The translations under genes and the position numbers were made by a program. Positions 51,479 to 62,844 of a DNA stretch of 64,000 nucleotides are shown piece after piece; within the stretch, counting starts at the first letter, position 1; each line of letters begins with the position of its first letter. Origin of the DNA: Dehalococcoidia bacterium (lineage in GTDB: Bacteria; Chloroflexota; Dehalococcoidia; Bin125); assembly GCA_965203995.1 (NCBI GenBank), contig OZ241962.1:971463-1035462 (forward strand), in the 5' to 3' direction. Below the pieces are notes generated by a model. It saw only the letters and a program-made list of their open reading frames with translations, was not told the DNA's origin and searched no databases.

Positions 51479-53353
51479 CTAGCCGCTCCCGCCCGCTGCC
51501 GCGATCGCTTCGGCCGGCTCGCCCTCGTGAGCGCTCGCCGACTCCTGATCGCGCAGCTCCAACTCGTAGATCTCGCGGTACAGCCCGCCTTGCTGCAGCA
51601 GCTCGTCGTGCTTGCCCCGCTGCACGATCCGGCCCTGGTCCAGCACCAGGATCTGGTCGGCCTCGCGCAGCGAGCGCAGCCGGTGAGCAATCACGAACGT
51701 CGTCCGACCGCGCATCAGCGCCGCCATCGCCTGCTGAATCTCGAACTCCGTCGCCGCGTCCACCGACGAGGTCGAGTCGTCGAAGATCAGCACGCGCGGG
51801 TCCATCAGCAACGCCCGCGCAATCGCGATCCGCTGCTTCTGTCCGCCCGAGAAGTTCGCCCCGCGCTCACCGACCCAGGTGTCGTACTGCTCCGGCAGAC
51901 GGTTGATGAAGTTGTGGATCCGGGCCAGCTTGGCCGCCGCTTCGATCTCCTCGTCCGTCGCGTCGGGCCGCCCGTAGGCGATGTTCTCCTTCAGCGTTGC
52001 CGCAAACAGGAAGACCTCCTGCTGGACAATCGCCACCTGCCGACGCAGCGCCTCCAGCGGCCAGTCGCGCACGTCCTGGTCGTCGAAGGTCACCCGGCCG
52101 GTGCTCACGTCGTAGAAGCGCGGAATCAGGTTGACCACCGTGGTCTTGCCGCTGCCGGTCAGGCCCAACAGCGCGATTAGCTCGCCAGGCCTGGCCTCGA
52201 AGTCGATGTTGCCCAGCACCGGCGAGCGCGGATCGTAGGCGAAGCTGACGCCGTCGAACTTGACGTGTCCCTGGGGCCGCTCCGGGGCGACCGCCTCGGG
52301 GTTGTCCTGCACTTCCGATTCCTGGTCGAGGATCTCGAAGATGCGCATCCCCGCCGTGGCCGCGCGCGGGACCATCATCACCATCCAGCCCAGACCGCGA
52401 ATCGGCATCTGCAGGATGGTCAGGAACATCAGGAACATGGTCAGCTCGCCGACCGTGAAGCTGCCGTTCACCACCTCGCGGCCGCCGTACCAGATCGTCA
52501 GCACGATCGCCGCCGCGCCGAGCATCGTCATCAGCGGCATGTTGACCGCCTGCACCATCGAGGCGTCGTAGGACCGCTGCTGCAACCAACCCGCCGCGCG
52601 GCCGAACTTCTGTCCCTCGAACTCGGCCCGCCCGAACGCCTTGACCACGCGAATCCCCGAAAGCGCCTCCTGCAGCACCGTGCCCAGTTGCGCCTGTGAC
52701 TCCTGCACGTCGTTCCAGATCGGCCGCAGCCGCCGCGCCACAAAGGCCGAGCGCGCCGCGATCAGGACCATGATCCCCCAGACCATCAAGGCCAGCGGCC
52801 AGTTAATCAGCAGCATGATGATCAGCGTGCCGACCCCCAGCACCAGCGTGAACGAGAGCTGGACGCCGCCGAAGTTGATGAACATCCGCACCACTTCCAC
52901 GTCCTGCGTCGCGCGGACCATGATCTGGCCCGTCTCGGCGCCGTCGTGAAAGCGAAACGAGAGCGTCTGCAAGCGCTGGTAGATCGCGTTGCGCAGGTCG
53001 TAAGCCACCGTCTGCCCGACCCACTCGGCCAGGTAGCGCTGGACGAACATCGAGGTCCCGCGCAGCACCGCCGCGCCGACCAGCGCCAGACCGGCCACCG
53101 CGACCAGCCAGCCGGTGATCGCGATCACCGTGTCGCCGTTGACGATCTCCGTCGAAATCGCGGTGTCAATCGCCCAGCGCAGCAGCCAGGGCGTCGCAAT
53201 CGCGAACGCCGCCGTCGCCAGGATCGCGATCGCCGTGACCGACAGGCCCTTCCAGTAGGGCAGCGCGAAGCGCAGCACACGGCCGATGATCACGATCGAG
53301 ACCGGAACCCGCAGGCCCCGGCGAGGTTCGACGTCGGCAGTCAGTGCGGTCAA
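51479..53353 (-). CDS. ABC exporter subunit (TMD + NBD, degenerate Walker B FDDS), heterodimer partner
   Basis: GLTGSGKT, FSGGQKQR, IFDDSTS, IAHRL. Confidence 0.92.
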   Translation of the reverse strand: MTALTADVEPRRGLRVPVSIVIIGRVLRFALPYWKGLSVTAIAILATAAFAIATPWLLRWAIDTAISTEIVNGDTVIAITGWLVAVAGLALVGAAVLRGTSMFVQRYLAEWVGQTVAYDLRNAIYQRLQTLSFRFHDGAETGQIMVRATQDVEVVRMFINFGGVQLSFTLVLGVGTLIIMLLINWPLALMVWGIMVLIAARSAFVARRLRPIWNDVQESQAQLGTVLQEALSGIRVVKAFGRAEFEGQKFGRAAGWLQQRSYDASMVQAVNMPLMTMLGAAAIVLTIWYGGREVVNGSFTVGELTMFLMFLTILQMPIRGLGWMVMMVPRAATAGMRIFEILDQESEVQDNPEAVAPERPQGHVKFDGVSFAYDPRSPVLGNIDFEARPGELIALLGLTGSGKTTVVNLIPRFYDVSTGRVTFDDQDVRDWPLEALRRQVAIVQQEVFLFAATLKENIAYGRPDATDEEIEAAAKLARIHNFINRLPEQYDTWVGERGANFSGGQKQRIAIARALLMDPRVLIFDDSTSSVDAATEFEIQQAMAALMRGRTTFVIAHRLRSLREADQILVLDQGRIVQRGKHDELLQQGGLYREIYELELRDQESASAHEGEPAEAIAAAGGSG

Positions 53354-53526
53354 TTTCGGCTCCCGAGCGGGCGGCTGTCGGACGCCGCCACGGCGTCGGT
53401 ACGCCGCTCAGACTCAGTCATAGTTCACCCGCAGTATAGTGATGCGCCCGGTACGCGACACTGGACGCCGCCGCTCCCCGTTAACTCGGACGCAAACATG
53501 CTGCCCGCCAACACCGCCCCAGGCCC

Positions 53527-54096
53527 ATGACCGCATCGCTCCGACTCCGGCCGATGACGCTCGACGATGTTGATGCCGTCACCGCCCTCGACCGCCGCGC
53601 CTTCGGCGAATCGGGCTGGAGCCGCCGCTACTTCGTCGGCGAACTGACCGAGTCGCCGATCAGCGTCTTCTACGTGCTGATCGACCACGACCGGAGGCTG
53701 CTCGGCTACTTCGGCACCTGGCACGTCGTCGATCAGCTCCAGCTCTGCACGTTCGCCGTCGACCCCGACGCGCACGGCCTGGGACTGGGCGCCGTCCTGC
53801 TCAACTGCGTCTTCCGCCTCGCCCAGCGCCTCGGCTGCGAACTCGTCCAGCTCGAGGTGCGAGAGTCCAACGCCGCCGCCCGCGGGCTCTACCGCAGCCG
53901 CGGCTTCAACGAAGACGCCAAGCGCCCCAACTTCTACGCACATCCCCGCGAAGACGGCATCCTCATGAGCGCCCCGACGCCGTCCGCGCTGGAGACCGGC
54001 TTCGGCCGATCCGCCGCCGCCCGCTGGCCGTCCGGTCTCGCCCTCGACTGGGACGATCGCGGCGGCCGCGCCGCCGAACACTGGCCGGCGCGCTAG
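53527..54096 (+). CDS. rimI: RimI-like GNAT N-acetyltransferase
   Basis: FAVDP..HGLGLG, LEVRESNAAARGLY...GF...RPNFY..PREDG. Confidence 0.8.
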   Translation: MTASLRLRPMTLDDVDAVTALDRRAFGESGWSRRYFVGELTESPISVFYVLIDHDRRLLGYFGTWHVVDQLQLCTFAVDPDAHGLGLGAVLLNCVFRLAQRLGCELVQLEVRESNAAARGLYRSRGFNEDAKRPNFYAHPREDGILMSAPTPSALETGFGRSAAARWPSGLALDWDDRGGRAAEHWPAR

Positions 54097-54120
54097 CCGG
54101 GCTGCGATACACTCTGCGCC

Positions 54121-54396
54121 ATGGACCTCAATCAACAGATCGACCAACTTCTCGAGCGCTCCCGCTACATCCGCTCGATCGGACCCACGACCGAGGACTT
54201 CATGCGCTGGCGCGACGCCGCCGAGGAACTGCTGCGCGACGCCGTCGGCGAGGATCACCCGGTCATGGCCAGCTACCGCGACGCGATCGGCCCCCGCGAG
54301 CGGCTCGACGCCGAAGGCCTGCAGATCCACGGTCAGTTCGGCATGGCCCCGCGCCTGATCGCCGCCGAAGACGTCCTCCGCGGCCTCGTCGCCTGA
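54121..54396 (+). CDS. hypothetical protein (91 aa)
   Basis: Host-like codon bias; TACACT seven nt before ATG. Confidence 0.65.
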   Translation: MDLNQQIDQLLERSRYIRSIGPTTEDFMRWRDAAEELLRDAVGEDHPVMASYRDAIGPRERLDAEGLQIHGQFGMAPRLIAAEDVLRGLVA

Positions 54397-54425
54397 CCGC
54401 AACGTCCGACCACGTTGTCCGCCCG

Positions 54426-55127
54426 CTACACCGCGGCCCCGGCCTTCTTCTCCATCACCGCCGCCACCAGCTCCGCCGCCTGCACATAGGTCAGGTGCGT
54501 CGTGTTGATCACCACGTCGTAGTGCAGCGGCGACCAGACGTCCACCTTCCAGAACTTCTGGTGGAAGTCGGCCCGGCCCTTGTTGAATTCCTCGATGCTG
54601 CGCGCCGCCGACACTTCGTCGACGCCCTCCCACTCCTGAACCCGCGCCAGCGCCACCTGGGGCTCGGCCACGAGCTGCACGTGCGTCGCGTCGGGCATGT
54701 CCTTGAGGATCATCTGGCTGCCCCGGCCGATGATCACCACGTTGCCGCGCTGCGCGATCGACTCGATAATCTGCGACGTCGTCGCCAGGATCGCGCGGTC
54801 GTCAACCACGCCCGAACCCGAGTCCGACAGCTCCTGGTAGCTCTGCGAGAGCATCAGCTCCAGGTTGCCCGAACCCAGCATCGGATCGATCGCCCCGCCC
54901 GCCGCCGAGCGCTCCAGCGCCCGCTGCAGAAAGTGTCCCAGGCGCGCCCGCAGCGAGTCGGTCCGCTCGTCCTTCTCCGCCACCTCCGACACCGTCCGGC
55001 CCAACTGCCGGGAGGCGTCGACCAGCACCGTCTGGTCGATGTATTCGAGCCCCAGCGTGCGGCTCAACCGGCGCGACACATCGCGCGCGCCTGCGCCGTA
55101 CTGGCTGGATACGGTCACGACCGGCAT
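54426..55127 (-). CDS. cytidylate kinase-like family protein
   Basis: VVTVSSQYGAGA, VVIIGRG, YDVVINT; start 55127. Confidence 0.85.
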   Translation of the reverse strand: MPVVTVSSQYGAGARDVSRRLSRTLGLEYIDQTVLVDASRQLGRTVSEVAEKDERTDSLRARLGHFLQRALERSAAGGAIDPMLGSGNLELMLSQSYQELSDSGSGVVDDRAILATTSQIIESIAQRGNVVIIGRGSQMILKDMPDATHVQLVAEPQVALARVQEWEGVDEVSAARSIEEFNKGRADFHQKFWKVDVWSPLHYDVVINTTHLTYVQAAELVAAVMEKKAGAAV

Positions 55128-55238
55128 CGCACACCTCCGGATTCGCCTGTCTGCCGCCGACCTGATACGGGGCAGGCACGCCCAGAGTACTCCAACGCCG
55201 GAGCGCAAGATCGCCGGACCGTGAGCGGTCGGCTGACC

Positions 55239-55802
55239 CTAGAGTTCCGCCATCATCGTGCCCAGCGGCAAGGATTTGCGCAGCGACCAGCCCGCCGGCC
55301 CCTCGGTCTGCTCCACCGCGTCGAACACGCCCACGTGCGTCACGACCAGGAAGTAGCGCTGCGCCGCCAGCGACTCCGCTGCGTTCTGCGCCTCCGCCTC
55401 GCGGTTGAACCGGCCGACCGTCAGCGCCGTCCGTTCCAGCGGCGAGCGCGAGCGCACCAGCGCATCCGGCGCCTGCTCGGGATACAGGTCCCGGTAGACG
55501 ATCGACGAGATCCGCTGCGCGTCCTCGGCCCCCTGCTCGGCCACCATCTGCAGCAGGTGCTCGCCGTCGTCGTACCACGACTGCGGCGCGCCCAGCTCCA
55601 GCATGAACGGATGGAACAGGCCCAGGATCACCTCCAGCATCTGCTCCAGATCGCCCAGTCCGTAGTGATCGTCGAACTGGTCGGTCAGCGGAATGTGCGG
55701 CGGCGTCGCATCGACCTGTTCGCGGTCGTAGAGCGCGCGCACCAGATCGATCTGCGCGCGCGCCTGCTCGTCGGGCACCAGGGCCAGCATCCGTTGCACC
55801 AT
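55239..55802 (-). CDS. 2H phosphoesterase/2'-5' RNA ligase-like protein (degenerate motifs)
   Basis: RALYD...PPHIPL and TALTVG at the two HxT positions. Confidence 0.55.
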   Translation of the reverse strand: MVQRMLALVPDEQARAQIDLVRALYDREQVDATPPHIPLTDQFDDHYGLGDLEQMLEVILGLFHPFMLELGAPQSWYDDGEHLLQMVAEQGAEDAQRISSIVYRDLYPEQAPDALVRSRSPLERTALTVGRFNREAEAQNAAESLAAQRYFLVVTHVGVFDAVEQTEGPAGWSLRKSLPLGTMMAEL

Positions 55803-55878
55803 GAGATCAGGTTAAACCACAACGGCTCCCCCGCCCGAGGGAGCCGCACGTGGAGCGCTGATGTTTCCGCCCTCTACT

Positions 55879-55911
55879 CCCTCTCCCTTTGGGAGAGGGC
55901 TGGGGTGAGGG
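55879..55911 (-). repeat. REP-like palindrome copy C
   Basis: CCCTCTCCC-TTT-GGGAGAGGG-CTGGGGTGAGGG. Confidence 0.8.
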
Positions 55912-55935
55912 TCCGGCGGCAGAGGGGGAACGCCC

Positions 55936-56439
55936 CTAGTCGCCGTCCTCAACGACCTCGGCGACCGCCTCGCTGACCGCGCCGGTGTTGATCGCGATCT
56001 GCTGCGGCGCGGGCTCATCGCCCTTGGGCAGCGACAGCTCCAGCACGCCGTTGGCCAGGTGGGCCGAGATCTTCGTAGCGTCGTAGGCCGGGTCCAGCCG
56101 GAAGCTGCGGCTCAGCACCGTGCGCGTCACCTCGCGCCGGCGGTACCTGCGATCCTCGCCCGAGCCCGGCTCCGAGCGCTCATCGCTCGCGTGCTCGGCG
56201 TGGATCCGCAGGTGACCGTCGTCGACCGTCACCGCGATCTCGTCCTCGGCGAAGCCGGGCACCCAGGCCTCGATGCCGATCCCCTCGTCGTGCTCGTAGA
56301 CGTTGACCGGAAGCTGCCAGGAAGTGGCCGGCCTGCTGCCCGCCGCCGCCGACGCGGCCCGACGCGGGCGGCGCCCAAACGCGCTGCCGAAGAGGCTGTC
56401 GAATTCGGCGAACGGGTCGCGAATCAGGATCTTGCTCAT
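55936..56439 (-). CDS. Hsp20/alpha-crystallin small heat-shock protein
   Basis: RDPF, PVNVYE, PG, RSFRL, AHLANGVLELSLPK. Confidence 0.92.
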   Translation of the reverse strand: MSKILIRDPFAEFDSLFGSAFGRRPRRAASAAAGSRPATSWQLPVNVYEHDEGIGIEAWVPGFAEDEIAVTVDDGHLRIHAEHASDERSEPGSGEDRRYRRREVTRTVLSRSFRLDPAYDATKISAHLANGVLELSLPKGDEPAPQQIAINTGAVSEAVAEVVEDGD

Positions 56440-56534
56440 CTCGTGCTCCTCACTGCCGATGGCGCTGTGCTTGGTTCGGACTGCTCCCATCGGCTCTCAG
56501 GAAACCTTATAGAGATGATGTCAAGATTGCAAGA

Positions 56535-56609
56535 CTTGTGTGTCACCCACTCAACTTTCCTCCACCCGGGTTGTCCACACGGGAGATAGTTGATAGCATC
56601 GGACTCAAG
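56535..56609. promoter_or_regulatory. two HAIR (HspR operator) sites
   Basis: CTTGTGT-N7-ACTCAAC (56535-56555) and GTTGATA-N7-ACTCAAG (56589-56609) versus consensus CTTGAGT-N7-ACTCAAG. Confidence 0.8.
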
Positions 56610-56625
56610 ATAGGAGCCACAAAAT

Positions 56626-57570
56626 ATGGCTCAGGACTTCTACCAAACCCTCGGCGTGACCCGCGATGCCTCCGAGAAGGACATCTCCTCCGCCTACCGC
56701 CGCCTGGCTCGACAGTACCACCCCGACGTCACCGGCGGGGACAAGGACGCCGAGCAGCGCTTCAAGCAGGTCAACGCCGCCAACGACGTCCTCTCCGACC
56801 CCGACAAGCGCGCCGCCTACGACCGCTGGGGCGACCAGTGGGAGCACGCAGAGCAGTTGGAGGAGATGCAGCGCCAGAACGGCGGCGGCTTCGGCTTCGC
56901 CGGCTTCGGCAACCCGTCCTTCCGCGGCGACCCCAACGTCCGCGTCGAGTTCGGCGGCGCCGACTTCGCGGACGCCGGCGATCTCGGCGACATCTTCGGC
57001 AGCTTCTTCGGCGGTCAGCGCGCCGGCGCGCCGCACCGTCCCGCCCGCGGCCGCGACATCGAGCACAGCGTCAACGTCTCCCTGCGCGAAGCCTTTCACG
57101 GCACCACCCGCACCCTCCAGCGCGGCGCCGGCGGATCGCGGCTCGAACTCACGATCCCGCCCGGCGTCCGCGACGGTCAGCGGATCAAGTTCACCGGCAA
57201 GGGCGAGGAACAGCCCGACGGACGCAGCGGCGACCTCTACCTGGTCGTCAACGTCGACGACGACCCCGTCTTCGAGCGCCGCGGCGACGATCTGCTCGTC
57301 CCCGTCGACGTCCCGATCACGACCGCCGCGCTGGGCGGCGAGGTCGCCGTGCGCTCGCTCGGCGGCAGCGGACGGCTCGCCCTGCGCATTCCCGCCGGCA
57401 CCCAGAACGGCCGCGTCTTCCGCCTCGCCGGACAGGGCATGCCCCGCTTCCAGCGCGACGGCCGCGGCGACATCCTCGCCGAAGCCCGGCTGCGCATGCC
57501 CGACCCGCTCTCAGAGGAACAGACCGAACTCTTCCGCCGCCTGCGCGAGCTGGAAAGCGACGACCCATGA
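56626..57570 (+). CDS. DnaJ/CbpA-type co-chaperone (no Zn finger)
   Basis: J domain with HPD, G/F-rich region, GDLYL and C-terminal domain. Confidence 0.93.
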   Translation: MAQDFYQTLGVTRDASEKDISSAYRRLARQYHPDVTGGDKDAEQRFKQVNAANDVLSDPDKRAAYDRWGDQWEHAEQLEEMQRQNGGGFGFAGFGNPSFRGDPNVRVEFGGADFADAGDLGDIFGSFFGGQRAGAPHRPARGRDIEHSVNVSLREAFHGTTRTLQRGAGGSRLELTIPPGVRDGQRIKFTGKGEEQPDGRSGDLYLVVNVDDDPVFERRGDDLLVPVDVPITTAALGGEVAVRSLGGSGRLALRIPAGTQNGRVFRLAGQGMPRFQRDGRGDILAEARLRMPDPLSEEQTELFRRLRELESDDP

Positions 57571-57940
57571 GCGACCAGCCCGTCTACACCATCCGCATCG
57601 CCGCGCAGATGGTCGGCGTGCACCAGCAGACCCTGCGCACCTACGAGCGCGAAGGCCTGCTCACGCCCGCCCGCTCGGCCGGCCGCCAGCGCCTCTACAG
57701 CGACGACGACATCGCCCGCCTGCGCGTGATTCGCCGGCTGATCGACGAACTCGGCGTCAACCTCGCCGGCGCCGACATCATCCTCCGCCTCCGCCAGCGG
57801 ATCGGCCAGCTTGAACGCGAGAACCAGCAACTACGCAACGAGATCCAGCGCCGCCGCGACCAGCAACTGCCCACCGTCCGGCCGCCGCGCCCCGAACGGC
57901 ATGAGCGCCTCGAACGGCATGAACGACAGGAGCGACGACG

Positions 57941-57944
<4 letters not shown>
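57567..57944 (+). CDS. hspR: HspR-like MerR-family heat-shock repressor
   Basis: YTIRIAAQMVGVHQQTLRTYEREGLL...RLYS...LGVNLAG. Confidence 0.88.
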
Positions 57945-60373
<2,429 letters not shown>

Positions 60374-60400
60374 CCGCCCGCGCCCGACTCCCTTCCGATC

Positions 60401-60434
60401 CCCTCTCCCCGAGGGAGAGGGTTAGGGTGAGGGC
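60401..60434 (-). repeat. REP-like palindrome copy B
   Basis: CCCTCTCCC-CGA-GGGAGAGGGTTAGGGTGAGGGC; reverse complement of copy A. Confidence 0.85.
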
Positions 60435-60566
60435 CCCTCCGAGGTTAGGCGTGGAAGACCGGACTTCGCGCTCGGGGAGGGGCGGAAGCTGGGTATGCGG
60501 TGGCCGGGTTCGCTTGATGGCTGGGACCTGGGGTGCGCGCGGAGAGAAAAAAACCGCGGACGGGGA

Positions 60567-60929
60567 TTAGGGAGGTTCGTCCTCGTCGGGGTTGGAGGCT
60601 TCGTCGTCTTCCTCGTCCTGCTCGGACTCGGCCTTGGCTTCCGCTTCGGCCTTGGCCCTGGCTTCGGCCCTGGCCTTGGCTCTGACTTCCTCGCGGGCGA
60701 TCAGGGCGTCGATCTGTTCATCGCTCAGAGAGGCCATCAGAAGGGCGGGATCCATCGGTTCGGGCGGCTGCTGGGCGTCAGTCGGGTGCTGACCGCGTGG
60801 GAAGAGGTCGAGCAAGCGGCTGAGCGAATCGAGCGCCCGGACCTGGACGTAGCCGCGCTCCTCCGGGTCGTTGGCGATCTCCCAATAGCGGTCATGGATG
60901 GTTTGGCGGGTTGCCTGTGGGGTGGTCAT
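60567..60929 (-). CDS. small protein with terminase-small-subunit-like motif and acidic tail
   Basis: WEIA...VRALDSLSRLLDLF resembles TerS helix ALELLGKHLGMF; LSDEQID; AAAGGA RBS; TACCAT -10. Confidence 0.55.
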   Translation of the reverse strand: MTTPQATRQTIHDRYWEIANDPEERGYVQVRALDSLSRLLDLFPRGQHPTDAQQPPEPMDPALLMASLSDEQIDALIAREEVRAKARAEARAKAEAEAKAESEQDEEDDEASNPDEDEPP

Positions 60930-60945
60930 GGGCGGTCCTTTCCGT

Positions 60946-61069
60946 GAACATGCGTTTGCGTTGATGGTATAGGAACGGGCGTTCTGTGGTTGTGTCCTGG
61001 TTGGCGATCAGTGTTGGGGGATGCAGATTGGGACAGAGGCGAACGCAGACGAGACACGAACTGATGTAC
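60946..61069. promoter_or_regulatory. three LexA-type boxes in the divergent promoter region
   Basis: GAACATGCGTTT 60946-57, perfect GAACGGGCGTTC 60973-84, GAACTGATGTAC 61058-69. Confidence 0.75.
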
Positions 61070-61133
61070 TGTTGAACATTCGACGCGGTTGCCGTGAGGA
61101 TGCGGCCGGCGGAAGTGTTGAGAGGATTGGACC

Positions 61134-62693
61134 ATGGGTGATGTCGACGACAAGCGGATCGATTGGCGGATCACGGGATTTCAGAACTATCGGGAGTTCG
61201 TCCCGACCGAGCGCCAGCGTCAGCTCTACGACGCGCTTCTGAGCGGGCCGTGCCCGGGCGACGACGAGGACGTGGGGGCGGATTCCCTCACCCTGCTCGG
61301 ATACGGCGGAGCGATGGGCGGGGGGAAGACCCGGGCGATTGCCGAGTTGGCGATCGACGCGGCGCTGGCCTTCCCCGGCAACAACGTGCTGGTCGCGCGG
61401 CACCACCTTTCGGACCTCTCCTCGACCACGATGAAGGAGTTCTTCGCGGTCTGCCCGCCCGAGATGATCGAGCGGCGGCAGCAGGCGCCGACCACGCTGG
61501 TACAACTGCGGCTGCCGGGCTGGAAGTCCGGCCAGCACTCAACCGTCAACTTCCGACACCTCTCCGACTGGCAGGGTCTCGGCTCGCAGCAGTACGGCGC
61601 GGTGCTCATAGACGAGGCCGGTCAGGTCGACGAGGACGCCGCGCTGATGCTGCTCACCCGCCTGCGCCACCCGGCTCAGCCGCAGCGCTGGTTCGTGGCC
61701 GCCTCCAACCCCTGGCCGGGCTGGTTCCAGCGCTGGTTCGTGCGGCGCGAACTGCCCGAGGACGCGCTCAGAGCGGCGAGCGGACAGGTCGAGTTCATCC
61801 CGGCCAGGATCGCCGACAACCCGCACCTGCCCGACAACTACGCCGAGATCAACCACGCCCTGATGCCGCCCTCCTGGCGAGAGCGTTTCATCGAGGGCCG
61901 CTTCGACTCGCTGATGAACCGCGTCTACCCCGACTTCGACCCCGAGCGCCATCTGTGGCACGCGCCCCTGCCCAGGTTCAAGTACTTCATCGGCGGCCTC
62001 GACTTCGGCGGCCAGACCGAGACCGCCCATCACACCGCCGCCATCGTCGCCGGCCTCGCCCGGAACCCCCTTTCCGACCATCTTGTCGACCATCTTGTCG
62101 ACCCATTTGCCGACCCGTATGCCGACCCGTTCTCCGACTTCCCTCGCTTCCCCCCTGCGGGGGGAAGCTCCCGCGCAGCGGGTGAAGGGGGGATCGGAAC
62201 CGACCCACGCCACCGGTTCACCCTGATCCGCCTGGCCGAGTTCGAGGACCGCGGCCCCGGCGTGATCCAGCGGCTGGAACAATGGCAGCGAGCCTGCACG
62301 AAGCGTTTCGGCCGCATCCGCTGGGCCGCCGACCGCTCCCAATCGGCCTGGATCGACCACCAGAAGCGCCAGCGCATGAACGTCGTGCCGGCTTCGGGCG
62401 CGCCGGGCTCGGTGCTCTACGGCGTCAACCTGGTCTACGAATACCTCGCCGCCGACCCGCCCGTGTCCTTCTACACGCCCGAACTCACGCAGTTCCCGCT
62501 GCGCATGAGCGAGTACGTCTGGCAAACCGGCGACGACCCCGATCCGAAGCCCAGGAAGCGAAACGACGACCTGCTCGACGCCGACCGCTACATGCACGAA
62601 CTCGTCCAGCAGCTCCCCCGCCCCTTCCGCCCCCGCCGGATCAAGAACACCCCCCTCCAGTTCGGCCGCGCCGCCCTGATGACCGACCACTGA
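61134..62693 (+). CDS. phage terminase large subunit (PBSX/Terminase_3/6-like)
   Basis: Q motif PTERQ, Walker A GGAMGGGKT, Walker B VLIDEAG, coupling motif ASNP, nuclease GLDFG, ADRS and NDDLLDADRY. Confidence 0.88.
   Translation: MGDVDDKRIDWRITGFQNYREFVPTERQRQLYDALLSGPCPGDDEDVGADSLTLLGYGGAMGGGKTRAIAELAIDAALAFPGNNVLVARHHLSDLSSTTMKEFFAVCPPEMIERRQQAPTTLVQLRLPGWKSGQHSTVNFRHLSDWQGLGSQQYGAVLIDEAGQVDEDAALMLLTRLRHPAQPQRWFVAASNPWPGWFQRWFVRRELPEDALRAASGQVEFIPARIADNPHLPDNYAEINHALMPPSWRERFIEGRFDSLMNRVYPDFDPERHLWHAPLPRFKYFIGGLDFGGQTETAHHTAAIVAGLARNPLSDHLVDHLVDPFADPYADPFSDFPRFPPAGGSSRAAGEGGIGTDPRHRFTLIRLAEFEDRGPGVIQRLEQWQRACTKRFGRIRWAADRSQSAWIDHQKRQRMNVVPASGAPGSVLYGVNLVYEYLAADPPVSFYTPELTQFPLRMSEYVWQTGDDPDPKPRKRNDDLLDADRYMHELVQQLPRPFRPRRIKNTPLQFGRAALMTDH
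62073..62192 (+). repeat. six 12-bp tandem repeats plus REP-like palindrome copy E, in-frame within the terminase gene
   Basis: TCCGACCATCTT GTCGACCATCTT GTCGACCCATTT GCCGACCCGTAT GCCGACCCGTTC TCCGACTTCCCT, then GCTTCCCCCC-TGC-GGGGGGAAGC. Confidence 0.8.
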
Positions 62694-62844
62694 GCTGAAG
62701 ATGAGGGAGTGCGTTCTTGCAGAGGTCGAGGTCTGGGCCCCGCGTCGGAGCGCGGGGCGACGGAAGTTGGGGAGTGGCTACAGACCACTGACCCGGGCAC
62801 GTGCAGATGTACACTCGGTTCGAGACCAACGACCTGGAGGACCC

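Noticed and set aside
56506-56525. Third HAIR site CTTATAG...TGTCAAG
   Set aside because: Six-nt spacer and several mismatches
57893-57940. ERHERL/ERHERQ repeat at the HspR C-terminus
   Set aside because: Short low-complexity duplication with no evidence of function
60400-62800. Intact prophage or satellite
   Set aside because: No integrase, att repeats, portal, capsid or replication genes seen; flanks are housekeeping genes
62801-62815. GTGCAGATGTAC as a LexA box before the crotonase
   Set aside because: Three mismatches; largely explained by the -10 TACACT
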